The translations under genes and the position numbers were made by a program. The notes beneath the pieces were generated by a model that was given only the letters and a program-made list of their open reading frames with translations, did not search any database and was not told the DNA's origin. Below are positions 48,153 to 56,911 of a DNA stretch of 64,000 nt, piece by piece. The DNA is taken from sequence record ON529850.1; one strand, written 5' to 3'. The first letter of the stretch is position 1. Each line of letters opens with the position of its first letter.

Positions 48153-48536
48153 TCACTCCTTGTTGATGATCAGGTAGCCCGGCACGTCGTCGCGGGCTTG
48201 CGGGCGCACCACGAAGAGATAGAACCGGCCGTTGTGGGTGCGGTTCTTGGCCTCGGCGGCGTCGCGGGTCGGATAGACCGACAGGCCCAGGGCGGGCAAC
48301 CAGTCGCCGATCCACGGCTCGTCGTTGAGCGTCAGCAGATACTGCTGCGGCAGGTCGTCCTCGTCGCGCTCGTCTTCGCTCTCGTCCAGATGCTCGACCT
48401 CCCACCAGCCGGCGCCGTGGGCGTCGCCCGAGGTGTAGCCCTCGCGGACCTGCCCGGCGATCATGTCCAGCACGTCCGCCAGATGATCGGCGGTCAGGGC
48501 GGCGCGGGGGCGGAAGGTGAAAACCGTGTTCTTCAT
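48153..48536 (-). CDS. Cassette hypothetical protein
   Basis: Conserved leader; IAGQVREGYTSG motif. Confidence 0.75.
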   Translation of the reverse strand: MKNTVFTFRPRAALTADHLADVLDMIAGQVREGYTSGDAHGAGWWEVEHLDESEDERDEDDLPQQYLLTLNDEPWIGDWLPALGLSVYPTRDAAEAKNRTHNGRFYLFVVRPQARDDVPGYLIINKE

Positions 48537-48733
48537 GTCGGGTGTCTCCGTTGTTCTGTCTCCCTTCTATCCTGGATGGTTTCAGGTGTCAACCTCTTTT
48601 TTCTCACTAAGTTTTACCGATAACGGTAATTAAGGCGGGGTTGGGCGCGCTTAGCCGCCATATTTACCTTAAAAGGTAATTCGTTAAGGTTAACGCGAGC
48701 GGATCGCAGAAAGGGAGCCGAAGCCCCCTTCCC

Positions 48734-49243
48734 TTACGCCTGGGTCACGTTCGCGCGGTAGAAGGCGACGCCCTCCGCCTCGGGCATGAGGTTCAGGATC
48801 ACCGCCTCCGGTTCCTTCTCCCGGATGACCTTGACATGGGCGTCAAGGGGGTGGGGCGCCTTCAAGGCCATCTGGAAGATGCCGGTCTTGCCCGGCTTGG
48901 TGAACAGGACTTTCTTCTTGACGGCGCGGCGGTAATCCTTGAGCCATTCGCCGGCGGTGATTTCCTCGCCGATCAGCAGCGACAGGTCCATGTCGATCAG
49001 GCCGAAGCCTTCGCCCAGATCGAATTTCGGATAGGTCGCCTTAATGCGCGCTTCCAAGGCGGTCAGGTCATTGTAGGTGAACCGGCCGACCGGGTGGATT
49101 CGGTCCTCGCCGCCCTGCCCGGTGTTCGACGCCTCGGCGAACTTCTCGCCATCGACATAGACGGTGGCGGTGTAGGCGGTCGTCTCCTCCGACAGGGAGG
49201 GCATGGTCTTGAGGCTCTTGAGGGTGATGATGGGTTTCTTCAT
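48734..49243 (-). CDS. Cassette hypothetical protein
   Basis: Conserved leader; SEETTAYTATVYVDG...SNTGQGG motif. Confidence 0.78.
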   Translation of the reverse strand: MKKPIITLKSLKTMPSLSEETTAYTATVYVDGEKFAEASNTGQGGEDRIHPVGRFTYNDLTALEARIKATYPKFDLGEGFGLIDMDLSLLIGEEITAGEWLKDYRRAVKKKVLFTKPGKTGIFQMALKAPHPLDAHVKVIREKEPEAVILNLMPEAEGVAFYRANVTQA

Positions 49244-49403
49244 GTCGGGTGTCTCCGTTGCTCTGTCTCTCTTCTAGCCGGGGCGGTTTCAAGTGTCAAC
49301 CGCTTTTGCGTAGATAATGCCGGAGCGACGTTAACCTTAATGCGGTGTTAAGGTTAATGCGAACGGGGCGCAGAAAGGCGGTCCGTCAGGACCGCCCCTC
49401 GCG

Positions 49404-49976
49404 TCAGGCCAGATAGACCTTGCCGTCGTCGCCGATATAGACCCCGACCGTCCCAAAAGCCTCGGCGGCGGATTGCAGGGCCGTGCCGTGCGGTGAGGGC
49501 CAGCCGCCGTCGAAGAAACCGGCGCCATGCCCGTTGCGGCTGAGCCAGAAGTCATGCCCCGCCTTGGGGCTGTCGATGTCGGGGAAGTCCAGCGTCGCCG
49601 TCTCGGGCATGGCCTCGGCATAGGCGTCGAAGGCGCGAGTTCCCCGGAACAGGTCGCAGTCGGCGATGATGCGCGCCAGCGTCTCCGGCGCCAGGTCGGT
49701 GAAGCGGGCGGCGCGGAAGGACGGCGCGGCGGCGGGCTTGTCGTCGCACCACCATTCGGACTCGTTCAGGTCCGTGAGCATCCAGTCCCAGGCGCCGTCG
49801 CTGCGCGTCTGCGGGGCGAGGCTCCACCCTTGGAACAGGGCGATGATGTAGCCTTGGGTGAAGGCGTCAAGGTCGCGTTCCCACAGATAGACGTTTGACG
49901 CCTTCGGCGCCCAGGAAACGGGCGGATCAAGCGGGATGCAAACCTCTCCGGTGGTGTCGAGAATGAGTTCCGGCAT
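49404..49976 (-). CDS. Cassette protein with GHDFWLSRNGHGAGFFDG motif; paralog of 33905-34525
   Basis: GGAGA leader; shared motif. Confidence 0.78.
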   Translation of the reverse strand: MPELILDTTGEVCIPLDPPVSWAPKASNVYLWERDLDAFTQGYIIALFQGWSLAPQTRSDGAWDWMLTDLNESEWWCDDKPAAAPSFRAARFTDLAPETLARIIADCDLFRGTRAFDAYAEAMPETATLDFPDIDSPKAGHDFWLSRNGHGAGFFDGGWPSPHGTALQSAAEAFGTVGVYIGDDGKVYLA

Positions 49977-49985
49977 GGGCGTCTC

Positions 49986-50189
49986 CTACAGGGCCAGGGC
50001 GGCGTCGAAGGCCGCCGATTGCAGTTTCTTGGCGGCTTCGGCTTCGCGGGGGTGCCGTTGCGCCATGCCGTCAAAGCGTTCTTTCTGGTGCGACCGCTCG
50101 CCGTCAGCGGTGGTCATGTTCATCACCTCGCCCCACAGGTGGGCCATTTCGAGGATCAGGACGGAACGGCGGGAAGCGTTCATAGTCAT
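49986..50189 (-). CDS. Cassette hypothetical protein
   Basis: Conserved leader. Confidence 0.7.
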   Translation of the reverse strand: MTMNASRRSVLILEMAHLWGEVMNMTTADGERSHQKERFDGMAQRHPREAEAAKKLQSAAFDAALAL

Positions 50190-50260
50190 CGGGTGTCTCC
50201 GGTTGCGGTGGTTCTGTCTTAGCCCGCCGCAACCACAGTGTCAACCGTTCTTTTTCAACA

Positions 50261-50737
50261 TCAGCACCGCCGCAGCATTTCGCGCGTCAAGGCTTCTTCC
50301 TGGCGGGCGATGTCAATCGCGGCGCGCTCATTCGCCTTGGCGTGGGCGCTGGCGGCCTGTTCCTGACAGATGGCCTGACGCCGGCGAATCTCATTGGTCG
50401 AAAGGGTGCGGAACAGGACGTCGGCGTCCTGATCGACCTTGACGGTCCAGTGCTGCGCGGATTCATCGTCCGACCGCAGGTGCGGCGGGAAATAGATGTC
50501 CGCCACGTCCTGTTGAAAGAAGGTGCCGTCGCCGCGCATCTTGCGTTCCAGGTCCGCCACCTCGGCGGGCGCGATCTCGTCGATTGAGAAGGTCACGCTT
50601 TCGCCCAGGCCGTCGCCCTCGTCGATGAAATGGCCGATCTGCCCCAGCGACATACGCTCGACGGCGTGAACGTCTTCGGGCGTATGGGCCGTGTGCAGAA
50701 CCGTCACGGTGATGACGGTGCGGATGATCTGAGGCAT
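50261..50737 (-). CDS. Cassette hypothetical protein (start MPQIIRT)
   Basis: Conserved leader. Confidence 0.72.
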   Translation of the reverse strand: MPQIIRTVITVTVLHTAHTPEDVHAVERMSLGQIGHFIDEGDGLGESVTFSIDEIAPAEVADLERKMRGDGTFFQQDVADIYFPPHLRSDDESAQHWTVKVDQDADVLFRTLSTNEIRRRQAICQEQAASAHAKANERAAIDIARQEEALTREMLRRC

Positions 50738-50888
50738 GGGGTGTCTCCCGTTGTTGTTCGCCGCCTGTGTAAGGCGGTCGAAAAGGAGTGTCAACCTCTT
50801 TTTCACAGTAAGTCGTCAACCTTAATGCGGTGTTAAGGTTAACGCGAACCGTGCGCGCAAAAGAAAACCCGGCCGAAGCCGGGTTCCC

Positions 50889-51221
50889 TCAGAAAGGTAT
50901 GTCGGAGTCCAGCGCGGGCGCCGGCTCGACGGGGGCGGGCGGGGCGTTCAGGGCGGCGATGTAGGCCGCCTGTTCCGCCTCGCTCATGTCCCAGAAGGAA
51001 TCATCTTCCGGGTGCGGGCCGCGCGGTCCCCGATAGTGGGGGTTGCGCTCCCAGGTGTCGAACGGCGACAGCACATATTCGCTGTCCGGGTCGAGGCTCC
51101 CATAGGCCGAGGCATACTGAAACACCGCCTCGCTCATGTATTCCGCCTGTCCCATCGCCTCCTGCGCCAGGGCGTCCGCCTTTTCGCGCTCGTAGGCGTC
51201 GACTCGTTCCAGGTAGTCCAT
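50889..51221 (-). CDS. Cassette hypothetical protein
   Basis: GGAGA leader; LSPFDTWERNPHYRGP..PHPED motif. Confidence 0.75.
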   Translation of the reverse strand: MDYLERVDAYEREKADALAQEAMGQAEYMSEAVFQYASAYGSLDPDSEYVLSPFDTWERNPHYRGPRGPHPEDDSFWDMSEAEQAAYIAALNAPPAPVEPAPALDSDIPF

Positions 51222-51417
51222 GTTCAGTTCTCCGGTTGAAGCTACTTCATGGCGGTTCTCCTTGGGTTGGGGTTGCTCTCGTCTTGAGGCCCCACCATAG
51301 CGTGGCGGTTCAGGGTGTCAACACCTTTTTCGTAGAAAAATCGTCGGTCGGGCGCTGTTAAGGTTAATGCGACCGGATCGCAGTTGGACCCCGGCCTAAG
51401 CCGGGGTCGGGTGCGCG

Positions 51418-51774
51418 TCAGCCGCCGAGGCGCTGGATGATTTCGTCATTCGACATCGTGTCCATCAGTTCCTCGACGCGGCGGGCCTTTTCATCCTCGA
51501 CCTTCTGGGCCGCCGCCTGGGCGCGGCGATAGTCGGCCATCGCCGCCTTGCCCGCCTCGGTCGTCTCGGGATCGACCGTCATGTAAAGCGTGACCTCGCG
51601 GCCCTGGCGATCCACGAAGACCGGGCGCCCGGACGGCGTCATCGTCACGGTGAAATGGTGCTTGACCAGCCGATTGGCGGTCTCCATCCCGAAGTCGCCG
51701 CCGAAGCAGCCGCCGGCCGCCTTGACCGTGTGGTTTTTACGCAGGCGGGTGTGATAGCCGATATTCTTGTGCAT
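51418..51774 (-). CDS. Cassette hypothetical protein
   Basis: Conserved leader. Confidence 0.72.
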   Translation of the reverse strand: MHKNIGYHTRLRKNHTVKAAGGCFGGDFGMETANRLVKHHFTVTMTPSGRPVFVDRQGREVTLYMTVDPETTEAGKAAMADYRRAQAAAQKVEDEKARRVEELMDTMSNDEIIQRLGG

Positions 51775-51938
51775 GGGGTGTCTCCTCCCTTGATCTGCCC
51801 CAGGGTATAGCCGGGGCGGCTCTAGGTGTCAACCCCTTTTTCATAGAAAAATGCCGGGGATGCGTTAAGGTTAACGCGAACCGGTCGCGAAAGATGCGCC
51901 CGGCCGGGGGAGACAAGCCCGGCCGGGCGCGGTTCGGT

Positions 51939-52565
51939 TCAGACGGCGACGTGCTTGCCGGTCTCGTCGAACCAATAGCCGTTGATCTTCAACGTCTCGT
52001 TGACCGCCTCGTCGGAGGTTTTGGCCTCGTAAGCCTCGCGAAGCTGTTCCCAAATCCAGTCCATGTATCGGCGCAGGACGTTCGCCAGGGCGCGCTCCGT
52101 CTCGGGCGTCACGTCGCCGTCTTCGCCGAAGGTGACATGAATATCCACGGACCCCGAATGGGTGTAGCGGTCGCGGTGGCTGATCTCCGCGCGCAGGGCG
52201 AAGCCGTTGTCTTGTTGCAGGGTGAACAGGTCGGCGGCGATTTGAAGCAGCTTCGCATCGCGCGGCGCCTCTTCCTTGAGCGCCGCGAGGGCGCCGGCCT
52301 TGAAGACGTAGCCGCCGGTGAAACAGGCGCCGTCGCCTTGGGTGTAGAAGCCGCTCCACAGGATGCGCGGGCTTCCGTTCAGTTCGGTGTCGAGGGTGAT
52401 TCCCATCAGGGCGGCGAAGGCGTCCGCCTCTTCCAGGACCGGTTCGGCATAGTCGGTGTCGCCCGACATCACCACGTCGGTGAACCACGTCCGCGCGGCT
52501 TCCTTGGCCGTTTCGGTCGGCAGTTCGTCGATCTGGTAGAGGGTGCGGGTCTGGATCATGGGCAT
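51939..52565 (-). CDS. Homolog of a plasmid/ICE protein family often labelled antitoxin of TA stability system
   Basis: LYQIDEL...AKEAARTWF, WSGFYTQGDGACF, WIWEQL.E.YE..TSDEAV.E.L..N.Y.F.E.G; recalled family pattern. Confidence 0.7.
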   Translation of the reverse strand: MPMIQTRTLYQIDELPTETAKEAARTWFTDVVMSGDTDYAEPVLEEADAFAALMGITLDTELNGSPRILWSGFYTQGDGACFTGGYVFKAGALAALKEEAPRDAKLLQIAADLFTLQQDNGFALRAEISHRDRYTHSGSVDIHVTFGEDGDVTPETERALANVLRRYMDWIWEQLREAYEAKTSDEAVNETLKINGYWFDETGKHVAV

Positions 52566-52732
52566 GGCGGGCGTCTCCGTTGCGGTGTCCCTGTGATGTA
52601 GCCGGGGCGGGTAAGGGTGTCAACCTCTTTTTATCAGAAAAACATCATGGGGCTGCGTTAACCTTAATGCAGTGTTAAGGTTAACGCGAACGGGTCGCAG
52701 AACGCCCCGGCCGAAGCCGGGGCGGGCGCGGG

Positions 52733-53263
52733 TCAGCCTTCGCCGAAGTAGAAGGCGCTCAGCCACGTCATGATGGCGGCGTCGTCTTCGTAGCTGGTCG
52801 GGTAGTCGGTCCACGGCGTCCCCCAGTCCTGATATTGCAGGCGCGGGTTCGACGGGTCGCCCCACGAACCCAGGTCGCCGCGCAGGCGCAGGGCCGGGCC
52901 GCCGGTGGACAGCAGGACTTCGAATTCTTCGGCGCCGTCGCGGTCCTCGGGATCGCGCGGGCCGGGGTTGCGCCAGCCGTCGCGCACCTGCACCGACAGA
53001 ACCGATTCGGTGATGGTCTGGCGCACGTCGTCCGCGTCCACCTCCTCGGCCTCGACCGGCTCGACGCTGTAGTCGTCCAGACCGGCGGCCTCGGCGGCGT
53101 CCTCGGCTTCCGTCTCGGTGTCGTAGGTGGCGCTCTCATAGCCTTCGGCTTCGATGACGTAGCCGGTCGGCTCGGCGTCGCCGTTGGCGGCGTTCAGCTG
53201 CGCGGCCTGCTCCTTGATGGTTTCGAGCCAGGCGGCGGCGTTGTTCTTGGCGTGGTCGCTCAT
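52733..53263 (-). CDS. Cassette hypothetical protein (extremely acidic)
   Basis: Conserved leader; EEFEVLLSTGGPA, LQYQDWGTPW motifs. Confidence 0.78.
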   Translation of the reverse strand: MSDHAKNNAAAWLETIKEQAAQLNAANGDAEPTGYVIEAEGYESATYDTETEAEDAAEAAGLDDYSVEPVEAEEVDADDVRQTITESVLSVQVRDGWRNPGPRDPEDRDGAEEFEVLLSTGGPALRLRGDLGSWGDPSNPRLQYQDWGTPWTDYPTSYEDDAAIMTWLSAFYFGEG

Positions 53264-53437
53264 GTCGGTGTGTCTCCCGTTGTTGTGTCTCCCTTCTAGG
53301 CCGGGCGGGCGGGAGTGTCAACACTTCTTTTTCAGAAAAATGGTTAACGTCGGGCGGGCGGCGGTTAACCTTAATGCGGCGTTAAGGTTAATGCGAGCGG
53401 ACCGCAGAACGCCCCGGCCGAAGCCGGGGCGGGCGAC

Positions 53438-53683
53438 TCAGTCCCGGCTCATGCCGGGAAAGTTCGGGTTGGCGTCGCACCACGCCTGCGCCTCGGCCTC
53501 GGTGGCCAAGGGCGGGCGCGCGAGGCCGGTGGTGCCGTCGGGGTGTTCGACCGTCCAGCCCGCCGCCTCGCGGGTCCAGTGGGGGCGGTCGGCCTCGCTC
53601 GTCCAGGGGGCGGCGCCCCGGATCGAGGCGGTGCGGCCGGTCACGGCGTGGCGCCAGACAAAGTGTTCGATGGGGCGGCTCAT
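53438..53683 (-). CDS. Cassette hypothetical protein
   Basis: Conserved leader. Confidence 0.75.
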   Translation of the reverse strand: MSRPIEHFVWRHAVTGRTASIRGAAPWTSEADRPHWTREAAGWTVEHPDGTTGLARPPLATEAEAQAWCDANPNFPGMSRD

Positions 53684-53757
53684 GGGGGCGTCTCCGTTGT
53701 TGATGACACCCTTCTAGCGGGGCGCCGAAAGGGTGTCAACCTCTTTTTATCAGAAAA

Positions 53758-54546
53758 TCAGTCCCGCGTGTCGGCGATCATCTGCGCCGTCTCGGCGGCG
53801 ATCTCGGCGCGCGGGCCGACCAGCAGCCAGCCGTCTTCGTCGGCGCTCGGGTCGAAGACGACCCAAGGCCCGGCGTATTGCGTCGCGCGCACGATCAGCG
53901 CGGCCTTGATCGCCTCATGCCGGGCGGCGATCTCGTCCGGCGTCAGGGACGGGGCGCCCGAAAAGGCGTTGATTTCGAATCGGCCTTCAAAGAAGTCGGC
54001 GCGGCGGCGGAACCGATAGCCGCCCGCCCGCGTGGCGTGTTCGGCCTGCGAATAGATTTCGGCGCCGAACAGATGGCCCATCACGTCGCCCCTGTTCTGA
54101 TTGGTCAGGAAGGCGGGCGGATCGACAAAGCGCACGATCAGGCCCAGGAATTCGCTTTCGGTGAAATAGCCGGTGACGACGGCGCGCCCCAGGTTGTTGA
54201 AGTTGGCTTCCACCTCGGCGCCGACGGCGGGCGGGGCGTCCACGCCGCCCCAGCGCGGCAGGCCCTTGGACGGGGCGATCTCGCCGTCTTCCAGCGTCTC
54301 CAGCGGCTCCCAGGCGGGCAGCTCCGGGGTCCAGCCGTAGGCGTAGGTGTCCAGCAGCCAGGACGGGCCGTAACGGTTGCGGATCAGCCGCAATTCGATC
54401 CCGTGGGTGTCGTCGTCCATCTCGGTCGAGTCGGCCCAGGCGTCGCACAGGACGTTCTTCCAGCCGGGGCCGTGCGCGTTGGCGAACGATTGCAGGGCGG
54501 CGGCGGCGGCCCCGCTCAAGGGCCTATAGACGAAGGTGTCAGTCAT
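53758..54546 (-). CDS. Cassette multidomain hypothetical protein
   Basis: Conserved leader. Confidence 0.75.
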   Translation of the reverse strand: MTDTFVYRPLSGAAAAALQSFANAHGPGWKNVLCDAWADSTEMDDDTHGIELRLIRNRYGPSWLLDTYAYGWTPELPAWEPLETLEDGEIAPSKGLPRWGGVDAPPAVGAEVEANFNNLGRAVVTGYFTESEFLGLIVRFVDPPAFLTNQNRGDVMGHLFGAEIYSQAEHATRAGGYRFRRRADFFEGRFEINAFSGAPSLTPDEIAARHEAIKAALIVRATQYAGPWVVFDPSADEDGWLLVGPRAEIAAETAQMIADTRD

Positions 54547-54591
54547 GGGGCGTCTCCCGTTGCGGTGTTGATCCTGTCTAGCCGGGCGGCG

Positions 54592-54804
54592 TCAGGTTGT
54601 CAACCCCTTTTCTGTGGAAATTGTTTCACGCGGCTGGACTGCATAGGTGCGCCGCACGGCGCGCTCCGCGCCCTGCTTCTGCAAGGCCAGCTTGAGGCAG
54701 CGGTGCGCCTCCGCCTTGTCGCCCGACAGGGCGGCCTCTTCGGCGCGGCGGGCGAAATACAGCTTGGCGCGGCGGGAATAGCGGGCGGCGATCTTGGCGT
54801 TCAT
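54592..54804 (-). CDS. Basic helical protein, paralog of 27676-27855
   Basis: KLYFARRAEEAALSG; conserved leader. Confidence 0.72.
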   Translation of the reverse strand: MNAKIAARYSRRAKLYFARRAEEAALSGDKAEAHRCLKLALQKQGAERAVRRTYAVQPRETISTEKGLTT

Positions 54805-54986
54805 CGGATGTCTCCGTGGTGTCTGTCCTCTCTTCTAGGGCAGGGCGGGGAGGGTGTCAACCTCTTTTCTGTAGAAAATGCAGGAGACCCGTTAACCTTA
54901 ATGCGGCGTTAAGGTTAATGCGAACGGCTCGCGTTAACCTTAACAGGACGGGGCGGGGGCGGCCCGCCAGCGGCGGGCCTTGTCGG

Positions 54987-55061
54987 CTATTTGAACAGCA
55001 TGACGACGACGACGGCGAGCGCCAGTTTCCACGCGCCGAGGGCGCGGTCCAGCGCCTTCAT
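54987..55061 (-). CDS. 24-aa hydrophobic peptide, paralog of 35109-35183
   Basis: MKALDRALGAWKLALAVVVVMLFK; ATGA overlap with upstream gene, GGAGG RBS. Confidence 0.65.
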   Translation of the reverse strand: MKALDRALGAWKLALAVVVVMLFK

Positions 55062-55357
55062 GCGCCCTCCGGCGCGATGAAATAGACGCGATCAATAAAC
55101 GTCACCTCGACGCCTTGGGGCTGTTCGTCCGGGCGGTCGGTCTCCAGATCGGCGTCGATCAGCACGGTCTGGAGGCTGTTCTCCAGCCACGTTACATAAT
55201 CAGGGTCCGTGTCCGCCGTCTCCAGAACGGCGTCAAGGTCGGCGTCGAGATTGGCGCGCAGCGTCTGCACGGCGTCGAGCCAGTCCATCGGACCTGCGGG
55301 CGCCTCTTCGGGCAGATAGCCCGGCACATTGGTGCCGACGACATATTGCTGGGACAT
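55058..55357 (-). CDS. Cassette hypothetical protein (acidic, start MSQQYVV)
   Basis: AAAGG RBS, TTGACA promoter; GTNVPGYLPE motif. Confidence 0.7.
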   Translation of the reverse strand: MSQQYVVGTNVPGYLPEEAPAGPMDWLDAVQTLRANLDADLDAVLETADTDPDYVTWLENSLQTVLIDADLETDRPDEQPQGVEVTFIDRVYFIAPEGA

Positions 55358-56672
55358 GGGCGGGGCCTTTCGTGTTGCGGTCCTGTCTTGTCCCACGACC
55401 GGCGACAGGTGTCAACCGCTTTTCTTCAGAAATCTTCGACGCGCGGCGGGGTGGCGTTAACCTTAACGCTTCACCCTAACCGTTAAGGTTAATGCGAACC
55501 GCTCGCGTTAACCTTAATAACCCTGCACCGCGTGCGGGTATGGCCGGGTCATACCCGGTATGACCGGGGAGGGCCGGACGGCCTTAAACCAGGGCCGGGC
55601 CTGGATGACTCGCGCGGCGTTAACCTTAACAAAAGGTTAATTGCGAATGCGTCGCAGGTGCTTTATCAACGCTGGCCCCCGGCCCCCCTGAGACCCGGCC
55701 CCCTCAGATGCGAATGCGTCGCAGGAGGTCTCGCATGATCCGGCCCCCCGGCCCCTGGGCGGGCGGGCGAAACCAAACCGCGTCGAATCAAGCCGGCGTC
55801 GAATCGAAACGACGTCAAGTCAAGTTTGGCTCCAGCGAAACGAAACGCGCGCGCGTCAAATCGGCCGCGCGTCAAATTTCGCTCCCGTTGAATCGATCGG
55901 GCGTCAAGTCGCGTTGAAGCGCGCTCGCGTCAAATCGATCGGGCGTCAAGTCGCCAGGCGGGGCGTCGAAGCGCGCGGGCGTCAAGTCGACCCGGCGCGT
56001 CGAAACCCCAGGGCGTCAAGCCGGGGTGTCGAGGACGCGGAGCGCGGATCAGGCGCGCGACGCCGTCCGGCAAGGAGGACAGCCCGCCGGCCGGCGCCTG
56101 GACAATACACGCCCTCGACGCCCCATCGGGACCCGGATCGCCGGCGCTGTCAAGCGGCGGGGCGGGGAGGGGCGATTGTGCAGGTGCGAAATGGACCCGC
56201 CGCAGCGAAGCGCGGTTGACGGCGACGGGGCGTTTGGCGGCGTAAAGAAACCCGCTGCGGTCCAGGCGGGGCGGGGAATCCGCTGTCACGAAAGCCCTCA
56301 AAGATGACTCTGGGGATGGGGCGGTTTTCGTAAGGCGGGGGCGGCGGGTCGCCGGTCTGAAGCGGGGGTCCAGGGCGGATCAGGACCAAATAAGGCGAGA
56401 ATGGGGCAGTCACGAAATTCGGAGCCGGGCGGCGGGGCGAATTCGGGCGTTTGTTGAAAACATTGAGGTTTTCGGGAGGGTTTCGTGACTCGGATCAGGG
56501 GCTCAGGGCCTACTTTGGGTTGAAATTGCCACGAAAACGGGGGCGAATCCCAGTCACGTTTCTATAAGTCGTTGTTTTTACGTGGAAAATATCTTTGAGT
56601 CACGAATCCCCTCAAGGGTGACTACGTCAACACCGGGTCGACAAGCGCCGGGCGGCGCCCGATCCTACAGAT

Positions 56673-56786
56673 TCAGCGGCGTCTGCGCCGGCGGTCCGGC
56701 GGGGCTTGGAAGACATTGAGGATGTCCAGCATATACCAGACGAGGGCGGCATACGCCGTCAGCAGGATCACGCACAGCCAGCCCAT
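56673..56786 (-). CDS. 37-aa TM peptide with Arg tail
   Basis: MGWLCVILLTAYAALVWYMLDILNVFQAPPDRRRRRR; GGAGAGA leader. Confidence 0.5.
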   Translation of the reverse strand: MGWLCVILLTAYAALVWYMLDILNVFQAPPDRRRRRR

Positions 56787-56911
56787 AGGGCGTCTCTCCC
56801 AGCGATCGTGGACGCGGCTCGCCGCGCCTGTTCCCCACGACAGGGCTAACACATCCCAGGGCGCGCGTCGCCTGGTGGAAATCCGCAGTTCTGCGAGCGC
56901 CAATCGCCGGG

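Larger units (their letters stand above)
19800..55500 (-). repeat. Array of about 45-50 promoter-gene-terminator cassettes separated by a conserved ~100-200 bp intergenic module
   Basis: Recurrent plus-strand gggYgtctcc(c)gttg leader, ctag, tgtcaac, A/T tract, gttaaggttaacgcg and GC hairpin before nearly every ORF. Confidence 0.95.

Noticed and set aside
51939-52565. Confident antitoxin function
   Set aside because: The family label recalled from database annotations is not known to me to be experimentally supported; no toxin partner nearby
19800-55500. Integron with attC sites (GTT/AAC cores in the palindromes)
   Set aside because: Cassettes carry their own promoters and terminators; cores do not fit RYYYAAC/GTTRRRY well; no integrase in the window
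20800-55500. CRISPR-like reading of the GTTAAGGTTAAC repeats
   Set aside because: Spacing is hundreds of bp and contains genes; no cas genes
20000-56300. Many Arg/Pro/Gly-rich ORFs spanning the spacers
   Set aside because: They are translations of the GC hairpins and repeat modules (recurrent LLRLTR/VKVNA strings) with no leaders
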